A DNA stretch of 42,487 nt, taken from positions 1-42,487 of the forward strand of contig VBMA01000079.1 in assembly GCA_005878985.1 (NCBI GenBank), in the 5' to 3' direction. Positions 26,833-36,424 of the stretch are shown piece after piece. Position numbers and translations under genes: made by a program. This stretch comes from Methanobacteriota archaeon. GTDB lineage: Archaea; Thermoplasmatota; Thermoplasmata; RBG-16-68-12. Below the pieces are notes generated by a model. The model was given only the letters and a program-made list of their open reading frames with translations. It searched no databases and was not told the origin of the DNA. Every line of letters starts with the position of its first letter. Position 1 is the stretch's first letter.

Positions 26833-27720
26833 ATGGACGCGGACGTTCGCGAGTCTCTGTTGCGGGCGGGTCGTATCTCGCGTGAAGTACGCGAGCGAGC
26901 CGTCGGGTTGGTCAAGGAAGGCGCGTTGCTGCTCGATGTGGCCGAGGAGGCCGAGGACCTCATGCGGAAGCGGGGGGCGAAGCCCGCCTTCCCGACATGC
27001 ATCTCGATCGACCACATCGCCGCTCACTATTCACCAACTCACGACGACACGACGAGATTCCGCCACGGGAATGTCGTGAAGCTCGATCTGGGAGCCCAGC
27101 TGGACGGCTGGATCGCCGACACCGCGGTCACGGTGGAGGTCGGGACGCGGAACTGGACCGAACTCGTGAGGGCCTCGGAACTCGCGCTGCAGACGGCCAT
27201 CGAGGCGGTCCATGCCGGCGTCTCGACCCGGGCGATCGGGGAAGGGATCCAACGGGCGATCGAGGCGCACGGGTATCGCCCGGTTCGGAATCTCACAGGC
27301 CACACGATCGAGCGTTATTTGCTTCACGCGGGGAAGAGCGTTCCGAACATCGCCCACGGCCACGATTTCCTCGGGGCGGGAGAGGTCGTGGCGATCGAGC
27401 CGTTCGCCTCGTCCGGCGCCGGCCAAGTCGACGGCCGGCGGACCGGGAACATCTACCGGGTGTTGAAGGTGAAACCACAGAAGGCGGCCGATGGCGACGA
27501 CTTCCTCGGGCGCATCGCCGAGGAATTCAAGACGCTGCCGTTCGCCGAGCGGTGGGCCCACCGAATCGATTCGAAGGCGCCGGCCCTCCTGAACAAGCTC
27601 GTCCGGACCGGGGCCGTGATGACCTATCCCGCGCTCCTCGACCTGGGCGGCGGGATCGTGTCGCAGACCGAGCACACGATGATCGTGGGGCCCGCCGGTG
27701 CGGAAGTCACGACCGCATAG
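26833..27720 (+). CDS. map: Methionine aminopeptidase type II
   Basis: PAFP, AAHYSP, KLDLGA..DGWIADTA, NLTGH, LHAG, AIEPF and QTEHT. Confidence 0.96.
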   Translation: MDADVRESLLRAGRISREVRERAVGLVKEGALLLDVAEEAEDLMRKRGAKPAFPTCISIDHIAAHYSPTHDDTTRFRHGNVVKLDLGAQLDGWIADTAVTVEVGTRNWTELVRASELALQTAIEAVHAGVSTRAIGEGIQRAIEAHGYRPVRNLTGHTIERYLLHAGKSVPNIAHGHDFLGAGEVVAIEPFASSGAGQVDGRRTGNIYRVLKVKPQKAADGDDFLGRIAEEFKTLPFAERWAHRIDSKAPALLNKLVRTGAVMTYPALLDLGGGIVSQTEHTMIVGPAGAEVTTA

Positions 27721-27791
27721 ACGCGCGACGCTCTCGGAACGTTTATTATCGAACGTCCCCATCGATGCCGTCCTCCCGGAGTGGCCACCCG

Positions 27792-28085
27792 TTGACCGAC
27801 ATCAAGCGGATCGTGCTGGACGTGTTGAAGCCGCACAAGCCGTCCTTGGTCGAGATGTCGGTTCGTTTGTCGAACCTCAAGGGCGTGGACGGGGTCACGT
27901 GCACCTTGGACGAGGTCGACCAGGAGACGGAGAGCGTCAAGGTCACGATCGAAGGGCCCTCAATCAACTACCCGAGCGTTGAAGACGCGCTGCGTGAGCT
28001 CGGCGCGGTCATCCATTCCGTCGATCTGGTCGCATCCGGGAAGCGAGCCGTTGAGGATGTCCGGACCGGCCAAGACCATCGATGA
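27792..28085 (+). CDS. DUF211 family protein
   Basis: IKRIVLDVLKPH.P ... G.VIHSVD signature. TTG start at 27792. Confidence 0.88.
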   Translation: MTDIKRIVLDVLKPHKPSLVEMSVRLSNLKGVDGVTCTLDEVDQETESVKVTIEGPSINYPSVEDALRELGAVIHSVDLVASGKRAVEDVRTGQDHR

Positions 28086-28091
28086 ATGCGA

Positions 28092-28376
28092 CTACCGGGA
28101 ATCTTTGATTCGCTTCGCGACCTTCTGGACGATCGAGGTCTTGTAGTAGTCCGCCCGCACGAGGACGCGTCCCTCCTTCCGCCATGGGGTCGACGGAAAC
28201 GCCTTTCCTTCCTCGAGCTCGGGTTGGAGGCCGAGGGCTTTCGCCGCCGCGGTGACCTCCTGCGCCGTTGGGGACTCGACGGCCCAGCGTTTCGCGACCC
28301 GTCGGCCCTGGTCCCTCGTCCGTCCCAAGTCGAAATACGCGGGATACAGGACGATCGGGCGGTCTCCTTTCGGCAT
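28092..28376 (-). CDS. srp19: Signal recognition particle 19 kDa protein
   Basis: VLYPAYFD...TR.QGRRV...AV..P, A...LG and K.FP..PW...GRV. Confidence 0.92.
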   Translation of the reverse strand: MPKGDRPIVLYPAYFDLGRTRDQGRRVAKRWAVESPTAQEVTAAAKALGLQPELEEGKAFPSTPWRKEGRVLVRADYYKTSIVQKVAKRIKDSR

Positions 28377-28488
28377 GGACCCGGCCCGAATCCCCGCGCC
28401 GCCATAAGGATTTGGGCGGCCGCGCGACCGATTCGATATCTTCATTCCCGACGCCGCTCTCACGGGGCCACTTTCGGGGCGGATCGTC

Positions 28489-29904
28489 ATGGAAGACGAA
28501 ACGGATCTCGCGAATTTTGCGCTCGACTATGCGATGAAGAAGGGCGTATCGTACGCCGAAGCCCGATACGAACACCAGGAGCAGGAGAACTTCATCCTGA
28601 AGAACGGAGTCCTCGACGCGCTCTACGTCGGCCAAGACCGTGGCGTGGGTGTGCGGGTCCTCGTCAACGGGGCCATCGGGTTCGCGGCGACGAACCTGCG
28701 GACGAAGTCCGACGTGCGCGCCATCGTGGACGACGCGATCAAGGTCGCCAAGGCCTCGCGGCGCAAGACGAAGATTACCTTCGCGCACGAAGATGCGATC
28801 GAGATGAACTGGTCGATTCCGGAGCAACGTAAACTCGCCGACGTCTCCGTGGAGGAGAAGATTGCGGAGGTCCAGTCGGTCGACCGCGACCTCATGGCGC
28901 TCGGACTGAAGATTCCCGCGCGGTTCTTCCAGTTCAGCGACAACCGCATCGTGAAATTTTTCGCGAACTCGGAAGGCTCCCGCATCCGGTCGTACAGTCC
29001 GCGGCTCCGGGTGTTCTACTTCCTCACCGTCACCCAGGACGGCCAGGTCGAACAGACATACCGCAACTACGGATGGTCCGGCGGCTGGGAAGGAATCGCG
29101 GAGTGGGATCTCCGGAAGCGCGTCATCGATGAAGCCAAGTCGATGCAACGATCCCTCGTGGAAGGCAAGAAGTCCCCGGAAGGCAAGATGGACCTCGTCG
29201 CGGGACCGCAAGTGGCCGGCATCGCCTCGCACGAATCGTGCGGCCACCCGACCGAAGCCGACCGCGTCCTCGGACGGGAAGCGAGCCAGGCGGGCAAGTC
29301 GTTCATCCCGCCGGACGGGATCGGCATGCGGGTCGGCTCCGAGGTCGTGAACGTCGTCGACGATCCGACGGTCGAGCACGCGATCGCCTACTATCGTACG
29401 GACGATGAAGGCGTCAAGGCTCGGCGCCGGTACCTGTACAAAGAGGGCCGCGTCACGGAGTTCCTTCAGAACCGCGAGACGGCCGCGGCGATGCACACGC
29501 GCAGCAACGGCGCCGCGCGGGCCGTGAACTACAACGTCGAGGCGATCGTGCGGATGGCGAACACGTTCGTTGAGCCGAAGGACCACTCCGTGGACGAGCT
29601 CCTCGAGGACGTGAAGTTCGGCGTCTACATGAAGAGCTTCATGGAGTGGAACATCGACGACAAACGCTACAACGCGAAGTACGCGGGCCGCGAGGCGTAC
29701 CTCGTCGAGAATGGGGAGGTCAAGCACCCGGTCCGGAACACGATCATCGAGCTCACGACGCCGGCGTTCTGGTCCGCGGTCGATGCGGTCGGGAAAGACC
29801 TCGACTTCGAGGCGGGCTTCTGCGGCAAGTCCGACCCGGGACAGGCGCTCGATGCGAGCCTCGGCGGGCCGACGATCCGCCTTCGGAACGTGTACCTGAG
29901 GTGA
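28489..29904 (+). CDS. tldD: TldD family metalloprotease subunit
   Basis: GVGVRV, HESCGHPTEAD (HExxxH), DDEGV, RMANT and CGK..GQ.....GGP. Confidence 0.93.
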   Translation: MEDETDLANFALDYAMKKGVSYAEARYEHQEQENFILKNGVLDALYVGQDRGVGVRVLVNGAIGFAATNLRTKSDVRAIVDDAIKVAKASRRKTKITFAHEDAIEMNWSIPEQRKLADVSVEEKIAEVQSVDRDLMALGLKIPARFFQFSDNRIVKFFANSEGSRIRSYSPRLRVFYFLTVTQDGQVEQTYRNYGWSGGWEGIAEWDLRKRVIDEAKSMQRSLVEGKKSPEGKMDLVAGPQVAGIASHESCGHPTEADRVLGREASQAGKSFIPPDGIGMRVGSEVVNVVDDPTVEHAIAYYRTDDEGVKARRRYLYKEGRVTEFLQNRETAAAMHTRSNGAARAVNYNVEAIVRMANTFVEPKDHSVDELLEDVKFGVYMKSFMEWNIDDKRYNAKYAGREAYLVENGEVKHPVRNTIIELTTPAFWSAVDAVGKDLDFEAGFCGKSDPGQALDASLGGPTIRLRNVYLR

Positions 29905-29908
29905 TCCC

Positions 29909-31222
29909 ATGGAAGACGTCTCCTCCCGGATCGTCGAGAAGGCGATCGGCCTCGGTTGTCAGGATGCGATCGCCGACGTCGTCACGAATCGTTCGTACCA
30001 GATCCGGTTCGCGCAGAACGAGGCGGTGATCAGCAACCGGTGGCGGGAGTCGACCGCGTCCGTGTTCTTCGTCTACGAGAAACGGGTCCTCGCGAGCGAC
30101 ATCAAGGACCTCTCCCGCGCGGACGAGGCCGTCGAACGCCTCGTGAAGATTGCGAAGGGCTCGCAGCAGAATCCGGACTACGCGGGGATCGCCGACGGGC
30201 CGTTCCGTTATGCCCGCGTGCGGCCGGACCCGAAAGTGCTCTCCCTCGACGAAGGCGGCAAGTACGTCGAGGCGGCAATCGGCGGCGCGACGGATGAGGG
30301 CGCGAAAGAATGCGCCGGGTCGTTCTGGAAGTACGAGGACGAGCACTTCCTCGCCACCTCGAACGGCGTGGAGGGGCACGACCATCGGGCGAGCCTCTAC
30401 CTGTCCATCCGGGCGCTCTTGTCGCTTGAGTCGAGCGGTCACGGGATCGCCTGCGCCACGCGGCTCTCCCAATTCAATCCCGAGAAAGCCGGGCGGAAGG
30501 CGGGACGCATCGCGGCCTTGGCGCGGTCGCCGAAGCCCGGGAAAGCCGGCCGATACACGGTCGTGTTCGACCCGCTCATCTTCGGGTCTCTGACGGACCA
30601 GACGGGCGGACGGCTCGGCGCGTGGACGGTCATGGCCGGCCTCTCTCCCTTCGGCAAGAAGATCGGGAAAAAGGTCGCGTCCCCGCAACTGACCTTGTAC
30701 GAGGACGGCTCCGGGGAGTCGATCGCGCGGAAGCGCTTCGACGCAGAAGGCGTCCCGACCCGGAGGAACGTCCTCGTGAACAAAGGAGTCCTGAAGACCT
30801 ATCTCCACAACACCTCGACCGCGAAGAAGTTTCGGACGAAGACGACGGGGAACGCGGGCCTCGTCTCCCCGGACCCCCACGCGATCTTCGTGAAGCCCGG
30901 AGACCGGTCGCGGGACGAGATCTTCTCCGAGGTGAAGGACGGCCTGTGGCTCACGAACACCTGGTACACCCGCTACCAGTCGTACGTGACGGGGGATCTC
31001 TCCACAATCCCGAGGGACGGCATCTTCCACATCCGCAAAGGCGATGTCGTCGAGGCATGGAAAGACATCCGGCTCACGGACAACCTCCTGCACCTCCTGA
31101 AGAACATCGAGGCGCTAGGCGACGAACCCGAACAGATGATGTGGTGGGGCGAGGTGAGCATCCCGAACTCCGTCCCCTATGCGCGGATCAAGGACGTCGG
31201 GATCACGAAGTCCGCCGAGTGA
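29909..31222 (+). CDS. PmbA/TldE family protein (non-catalytic partner)
   Basis: IRFAQN, G.Y.VVF.P, FDAEGVP and TTGNA. It lacks HExxxH and starts 4 nt downstream of tldD. Confidence 0.9.
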   Translation: MEDVSSRIVEKAIGLGCQDAIADVVTNRSYQIRFAQNEAVISNRWRESTASVFFVYEKRVLASDIKDLSRADEAVERLVKIAKGSQQNPDYAGIADGPFRYARVRPDPKVLSLDEGGKYVEAAIGGATDEGAKECAGSFWKYEDEHFLATSNGVEGHDHRASLYLSIRALLSLESSGHGIACATRLSQFNPEKAGRKAGRIAALARSPKPGKAGRYTVVFDPLIFGSLTDQTGGRLGAWTVMAGLSPFGKKIGKKVASPQLTLYEDGSGESIARKRFDAEGVPTRRNVLVNKGVLKTYLHNTSTAKKFRTKTTGNAGLVSPDPHAIFVKPGDRSRDEIFSEVKDGLWLTNTWYTRYQSYVTGDLSTIPRDGIFHIRKGDVVEAWKDIRLTDNLLHLLKNIEALGDEPEQMMWWGEVSIPNSVPYARIKDVGITKSAE

Positions 31223-31622
31223 CCGAGGCCTCGCTCGGGGCGGTCTCGAGCAGGACCGCGTTGATCACGCCATCCTGACCGGGCCGGGACGTGACCCGCG
31301 CGAGTCCGATCTCCGTCTGGATCGTCGCGCCGCGGGTGATGATGTTGCGCGTCACGAAGTTCGGATTCGACGGGTTCGCCTTCACCGTGACGATCTTGAC
31401 CTTCTTCGTCGCGGAAGTCCGGCGATCCAGGACGTTGGCGAATTCCGCGCTCAGGATGCGGACCTTCCGGTTCGCCCCCTTCGTGCGGTAGAGCTTCAGG
31501 CGCTCGGCCCCGATGAAGGCGTACTGCTGCTCCCGACCGATCTCTCGCCGCCGCTTCTTGCGGAACGGCCGATAGCGGCCTCCGGTCGGCTTCCGTTTCG
31601 AGCGTCCTTGCCAAAGGGCCAT
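31203..31622 (-). CDS. rps8e: 30S ribosomal protein S8e
   Basis: MALWQGRSKRKPTGG...RKKR..E.G, R.KGAN.K, NP.N..F..RNIITRG and VTSRPGQDG.INA. Confidence 0.98.
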   Translation of the reverse strand: MALWQGRSKRKPTGGRYRPFRKKRRREIGREQQYAFIGAERLKLYRTKGANRKVRILSAEFANVLDRRTSATKKVKIVTVKANPSNPNFVTRNIITRGATIQTEIGLARVTSRPGQDGVINAVLLETAPSEASVTRRTS

Positions 31623-31663
31623 CGAATCGCGCCAAAGAACGGGCCGTATATGACCGTTGTGGG

Positions 31664-32635
31664 TCAGACGATGTGGATCGTGCCGTACACGACGAGGCTC
31701 GTGACGAGGAAGCCCAGGAGGGCGCCGCCGTTCAGGAGGGGCAAACCGGCCTGCGGATTTCCCTTGAGGACGTATCGCATCAAGACGAAGAAGCCAACGA
31801 GGCTTCCGATGACGGTCCCCAACGCCACGGTCATGAACGGGGCGACCGGACCCAACGAGCGGCCCAGGAGCGCCGGATCGTTCAGGAACGTGAAGGCGGA
31901 TACGCTCAGGATCCCGGGGATGATGAGATCCCCTAACCCGATGAACATCGCTTCGCGTTCCTCCCCGGCGGCGATTTGACCTTTCAAGCTCTTCTGCTCC
32001 CGGAACGAATAGCCCGCCTTCTTCGGGATCACGAGGAGGATCGGGAGCCGCTGGCTCGTCAGCTCATCGGCGAGCGTGATCATGTGCTTCGTCCGGTACA
32101 CAGCCCATGCGTCGTAGACCGCGAGGGCCACGAGGAGGAGGATCGCGGGCAACAATCCGAACGAAATCCCCAGGATTGCCGTCACGCCGGCGGCGGTCAC
32201 GAAACCGATCGTGTCGACCACGTACCACTCCGGGAACTTCACGAGGAGGTAGAGCAAGACGGCCGCGACGGCGAACGAGAGCAGGGTCGCGACATTCGCG
32301 AGTGAGTTCAGGAAATTCGGGTCTTGGCTCTGCCCGGTCCCATACCACAATCCGTAGTACAGAGGCAGCAGCAGGACGAATGCGAGCGTGACGAAAATTG
32401 AGGCCATGATGACGTACTTCGCGAGGTTTTGCCGACGATAACGGACGAGCCCCAGAATCACCGCGGTGAAGACGAGGATCAGGATGATGTAGATCGCGGT
32501 GTTCGTGACGTCACTCGGGTTCGGGAACGCCTGGAAACCGCTGCTCTGGAACAAGGGCGAAAGCGCGATCGCGACCGCTTGGCTCGCGACCAAGAGCACC
32601 GCCATCGCCGCGACCGGAGCGTACTCGCGGCGCAT
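31664..32635 (-). CDS. Presenilin/SPP-family intramembrane aspartyl protease (PSH)
   Basis: About 9 TM segments with catalytic YD (VYDAWAVY), GxGD (FIGLGD) and QAGLP (archaeal PAL equivalent). Confidence 0.93.
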   Translation of the reverse strand: MRREYAPVAAMAVLLVASQAVAIALSPLFQSSGFQAFPNPSDVTNTAIYIILILVFTAVILGLVRYRRQNLAKYVIMASIFVTLAFVLLLPLYYGLWYGTGQSQDPNFLNSLANVATLLSFAVAAVLLYLLVKFPEWYVVDTIGFVTAAGVTAILGISFGLLPAILLLVALAVYDAWAVYRTKHMITLADELTSQRLPILLVIPKKAGYSFREQKSLKGQIAAGEEREAMFIGLGDLIIPGILSVSAFTFLNDPALLGRSLGPVAPFMTVALGTVIGSLVGFFVLMRYVLKGNPQAGLPLLNGGALLGFLVTSLVVYGTIHIV

Positions 32636-32641
32636 CGATGC

Positions 32642-33262
32642 CTACTCCCGCGTCACGCGTCCGAAGGCCACCGTGCCGGCGATTTTCTCGATGTGCACCT
32701 TGACGATCGCGCCCTTCGCGGTCCCGGGCACATAGATGACGTACTTGTCGAGCTTCGCGATCCCGTCACCCTTCTTCCCGATGTCCTGGATCATCAGCTC
32801 GTAGACCTTGCCCTCGACGAGCGGGGCTTCCTCGACCTTCGCGGCTTTCTTCACGGCCTTCACGGGCCGCCGCGCGCCGCACGCGTCGCACTCGAGCATC
32901 GCGATCCGGCCTTCCTTGACGAGCCGCGTGTCGGGGCGGCCGCATTCCTGGCAGAGCACGTACGCGTCGACGTAGGACTTGACCCGCTCCTCGATCTGCT
33001 GCGAGGTGACCTTGCTCTTGAACACGACGCGACGCCCTTCCATCGCGCCGGAGGTCCCGAGCTCCCGCAGGAGGTACGTCAGGACCATGTCTGGATCCCG
33101 CCGAATCGCGCCGACGATGTCCTCGAAGTTCCGGAGGATCGTCGTCTTGCCTTCGATCACGACGTCCGGCGATGGGACCTGGAATCGTTCCCCGCTGCTG
33201 AGCGCCGCGGGCAACGCCTTCTTGGCGCGTGCAAGGAGCTCTTCATAACCGAAAGAAGACAC
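32642..33262 (-). CDS. eif2b: Translation initiation factor aIF-2 subunit beta with C-terminal TRAM domain
   Basis: YEELLARA, ERF.VP, NF..I...IRRDP, CQECGRPDT...CDACGA zinc ribbon, and TRAM domain I.DIG.KGDGIA....YVIYVPG. Confidence 0.95.
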   Translation of the reverse strand: MSSFGYEELLARAKKALPAALSSGERFQVPSPDVVIEGKTTILRNFEDIVGAIRRDPDMVLTYLLRELGTSGAMEGRRVVFKSKVTSQQIEERVKSYVDAYVLCQECGRPDTRLVKEGRIAMLECDACGARRPVKAVKKAAKVEEAPLVEGKVYELMIQDIGKKGDGIAKLDKYVIYVPGTAKGAIVKVHIEKIAGTVAFGRVTRE

Positions 33263-33285
33263 GAAGGGCGACCAAAGCCCGCGTC

Positions 33286-33300
33286 GGTTTAAAGGTTTGC
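33286..33300 (-). promoter_or_regulatory. Putative BRE/TATA promoter of aIF-2beta-PSH operon
   Basis: Minus strand GCAAACCTTTAAACC, about 25 nt upstream of GTG 33262, which is leaderless spacing. Confidence 0.6.
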
Positions 33301-33303
33301 GGG

Positions 33304-34890
33304 CTAGCGTGCGGCCGCGCGAACGAGGCCGAGATGGATCGGGGACGGCCTCAGCGGACGCGAACGCAACTCGGGGTGGAACTGCGATGCGACGAAGTAC
33401 GGATGGCCCTTCAACTCGAGGACCTCCATCCGTCGTCCGTCATCGGATCGACCGACGTATCGGAGGCCCGCGTCCTCTAGCTTCGGGATATACGCCGGGT
33501 TGATCTCGTACCGGTGCCGGTGGCGCTCGTAGATCGTGGTGGCGCCGTACAGCTTCGCGGTCGTCGAGTTCGGATCGACATCGATCTCGTGGGCACCGAG
33601 GCGCATCGTCGCGCCCATCCCTTTCACGCTGCGCTGCTCCGGCAGCAAGTCGACGACGGGCTGGGGCGTCTTCGGATCGAACTCGGAACTGTTCGCCCCC
33701 TTCAGGCCGAGGACGTCGCGGGCGAAGCCGACCGTCGCGAGCTGGAATCCGAGGCACACGCCTTGGAACGGAACATCGTGTTCCGCGGCGTACCGGGTCG
33801 CGGCGATCTTCCCTTCGATCCCTCGATCTCCGAATCCTCCTGGCACCAGGATCCCGTCCGCGCCTTCCAAGAGCTTCGTCCCATGCTTCTCGAGGTCGAC
33901 GGACTCGACCCACTTCAGCTTGACATGGACCCGCGCGGCGGCGCCCGCGTGGTGGAACGCCTCGATGTGGCTGATGTACGAATCCTTCAGGTGCGTGTAC
34001 TTGCCGACGAGGGCGATCGTCACTTCCTTATCCGGATTCTTCAGGTTCTCGAGGAATGCCTTCCATTCTTGCATGTCCTCGTCCTTCGGTTTCAGCCGGA
34101 GGGTCTTCAGGATGTATTCCGTGAGGCCTTGGCCGTCGAACAAGAGCGGGACGTCGTAGATTGTCGACGCGTCCGGGGCGCTGATGATGCCTTCCACGGG
34201 GACATCGGTGAAGAACGCGATCTTCTTCTTGATGTCGGGCTCGAGGGAGTGCTCTCCGCGGGCGATGATCACGTTGGGCTGGATCCCCATCGAACGGAGC
34301 TCACGGACGCTCTGCTGGGTGGGCTTCGTCTTCTGCTCGCCGACGGCGCCCATGATCGGGACCAACGTCGTGTGCACGAACAGGAGGTTGTCCTTTCCGA
34401 TCTCCTGTGCGAGTTGTCGGACGGCCTCGAGGAACGGCATGCCCTCGATGTCTCCGACCGTCCCTCCGACTTCGACGAGGACGATGTCCGCCCGCTCCTT
34501 TTCGCCGACGGCCTGGAGTTGGGTTTTGATTTCGTCCGTGACGTGCGGGATGATCTGGACCGTCCGACCGAGATAGTCCCCCCGGCGCTCCTTCTCGATG
34601 ACCGCGCGATAGACCTTGCCCGTCGTGATGTTGTGGTCGCCGGTCAGGTTGACGTCCAGGAATCGTTCGTAGTTGCCGAGGTCGAGGTCGACCTCCGAGC
34701 CGTCGTCGAGGACGAACACCTCGCCGTGCTGGTAGGGATTCATCGTGCCCGCGTCGACGTTCAGGTACGGGTCGATTTTGACGGGACAGACCTTCAATCC
34801 TTTCGACTTCAACAGGACGCCGATCGAGGAAGTGCTGATGCCCTTCCCGAGTCCTGACAAAACGCCTCCCGTGACAATGACATACTTCAC
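33304..34890 (-). CDS. pyrG: CTP synthase
   Basis: [59 protein letters not shown] and QFHPE. GTG 34890 is preferred because of TATA-like CTTTATC about 34 nt upstream; the alternative is ATG 34911. Confidence 0.97.
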   Translation of the reverse strand: MKYVIVTGGVLSGLGKGISTSSIGVLLKSKGLKVCPVKIDPYLNVDAGTMNPYQHGEVFVLDDGSEVDLDLGNYERFLDVNLTGDHNITTGKVYRAVIEKERRGDYLGRTVQIIPHVTDEIKTQLQAVGEKERADIVLVEVGGTVGDIEGMPFLEAVRQLAQEIGKDNLLFVHTTLVPIMGAVGEQKTKPTQQSVRELRSMGIQPNVIIARGEHSLEPDIKKKIAFFTDVPVEGIISAPDASTIYDVPLLFDGQGLTEYILKTLRLKPKDEDMQEWKAFLENLKNPDKEVTIALVGKYTHLKDSYISHIEAFHHAGAAARVHVKLKWVESVDLEKHGTKLLEGADGILVPGGFGDRGIEGKIAATRYAAEHDVPFQGVCLGFQLATVGFARDVLGLKGANSSEFDPKTPQPVVDLLPEQRSVKGMGATMRLGAHEIDVDPNSTTAKLYGATTIYERHRHRYEINPAYIPKLEDAGLRYVGRSDDGRRMEVLELKGHPYFVASQFHPELRSRPLRPSPIHLGLVRAAAR

Positions 34891-35057
34891 GCAATCACGG
34901 GAATGCTCCATCCGGCGGGTCGGTGATAAAGTTTGTGTCTTGAAATCCGCAATTCGGTGCGTGCGGGCCCACGCTGCGGTGAGACACGGACGGATGACGC
35001 GAGCGAAAGCCTATATCGACCGCACGAATAGGTGAGCGCGGTGGTTCCTTGGAGCTC

Positions 35058-35609
35058 ATGAAGTACGAAGGACTTCCGATTGGAGCCGCGGCTCCGGACT
35101 TCTCACTGCCCGCGGTCGATGGGAAAACATACTCGCTCGCATCGTTCCATGACAAGCCCGTCCTCGCTGTTGCGTTTTGGTGCAATCACTGCCCCTACGT
35201 GCAAGCATGGGAAGAACGCACGATCGCCGTCCAGCACGACTACGCGGGAAGGGGCGTGCAGTTCGTCATGATCAACGCGAACGACGAAGAGAGCTATCCG
35301 GAAGACGACTTCCCGAACATGGTCGAACGCTCGAAGCGGAAAGGCTACAACTTCCCGTACCTCCGAGACGAGAGCCAGAAGGTCGCGGAGGCGTTCGGCG
35401 CGGTGTGCACGCCCGACTTCTTTGTGTTCGACTCCGCCCGGAAGCTGCGATACCGCGGGAAGCTCGACGACTCGAAGGAACCGAAAGGCGTGAAGAAGCA
35501 AGTGATGCGCGAGGTCCTCGACGCGGTCCTCACCGGCAAGCAGCCGCCCACCACCTTTGTGCCACCGATGGGCTGCTCCATCAAGTGGAAGTCGGATCAC
35601 TGGCGCTGA
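35058..35609 (+). CDS. Thioredoxin-fold AhpC/TSA-like redoxin
   Basis: APDFSLP, WCNHCPYV (CxxC), TPDFFVFD..LRYRG.LDD and GCSIKW. TATA-like CCTATAT lies near 35010. Confidence 0.92.
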   Translation: MKYEGLPIGAAAPDFSLPAVDGKTYSLASFHDKPVLAVAFWCNHCPYVQAWEERTIAVQHDYAGRGVQFVMINANDEESYPEDDFPNMVERSKRKGYNFPYLRDESQKVAEAFGAVCTPDFFVFDSARKLRYRGKLDDSKEPKGVKKQVMREVLDAVLTGKQPPTTFVPPMGCSIKWKSDHWR

Positions 35610-36424
35610 CGTCCGACCGCACGACGAATCGTCCGGCGCCGCTTCTTCGTCCTCGGGGCTTTCACGCCGCCGGCGAGTGATCGGCGGAGCCCTCCGAGCC
35701 GCCATTCGAGGAAGGAGAACACGGCGGCCAGGTTCCCGCTCCGGCGGTACGCTCGGCGGACCCGTGCGGCTTCCGCAGGCACCGACTTGAGTTCGTCCAC
35801 GAACTTCTTGACGTTCAGGATGGCTCGCGTCAACTCGTCGACGATCGGGATGGTCGCTCGCTGGGAGGTCCGGGAGAGCGGATTCAAGTCGATACTGATG
35901 ACGACCTTGCCCATGCGCACAAGCGCCTCGGCGCGATCCCCATCTTCCAACGGCACGAGCACGACATCCGCCCCGAAAATCCCGTCTCGATGGGATACCG
36001 CTCGCTTCGATTCGATGCCCGGAATCCGCGCGTTCGGGCGCAGGCCGAGGACGTTTCGCGCCCCTGCTGTCTCGAGGATCCGGACGATTTTCTTCATGCG
36101 CGGTTCCGTCCGGTGGAACAAGTTCACCTCGATTCGGGCGGGGATCGCGCGCGCGAGCTGGACGACTTCCTTCGCCGCGAGAGCGGCCACGTTTCCATTT
36201 ACCGAGATCACCGGTCGGGATGCCGCCAGGAGATGGGCCGCGGCCGCTCGTTCTGCCACGAGGGCCGGCGCGCTCGTCCCTTCTCCAAATAGGTAGTCCC
36301 AAGCTTCCCCCCGGCCTTGCGCGACGAGTCCTTCGGGGACGACGATGCCCCGCTTCCACGCACGGACGAGGCGCTCCCGTCGGACGAGCGATTCGTACCG
36401 CGGGTGCGATCGGGGGATCGTCAT
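35597..36424 (-). CDS. 4-phosphopantoate--beta-alanine ligase (archaeal phosphopantothenate synthetase)
   Basis: IPRSHPRYESL..RE, GL.A.GRGEA.DYL.GE, SVNGN, EVNLFHR, PLEDGDR and IDLNPLSRT. Confidence 0.95.
   Translation of the reverse strand: MTIPRSHPRYESLVRRERLVRAWKRGIVVPEGLVAQGRGEAWDYLFGEGTSAPALVAERAAAAHLLAASRPVISVNGNVAALAAKEVVQLARAIPARIEVNLFHRTEPRMKKIVRILETAGARNVLGLRPNARIPGIESKRAVSHRDGIFGADVVLVPLEDGDRAEALVRMGKVVISIDLNPLSRTSQRATIPIVDELTRAILNVKKFVDELKSVPAEAARVRRAYRRSGNLAAVFSFLEWRLGGLRRSLAGGVKAPRTKKRRRTIRRAVGRQRQ

Noticed and set aside
28377-28488. GC-rich imperfect hairpin between srp19 and tldD as an ncRNA (SRP RNA)
   Set aside because: It is far too short for archaeal 7S RNA and is explained by divergent promoters and chance GC pairing.
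28489-31222. TldD/TldE pair as part of a RiPP biosynthetic cluster
   Set aside because: There is no precursor peptide, YcaO or radical SAM gene adjacent. The pair is flanked by srp19 and rps8e, a common housekeeping context in archaea.
32642-32830. TRAM domain fused to aIF-2 beta as a novelty
   Set aside because: This fusion is already known in several euryarchaeal and Thermoplasmata lineages.
1167-34857. Many long antisense or alternate-frame ORFs (e.g. 1167-2876, 3163-4887, 13278-14939, 28009-29910, 33514-34857)
   Set aside because: These are expected shadow ORFs in high-GC DNA. They are R/P/G-rich or mirror the codon pattern of well-supported genes and carry no family motifs.
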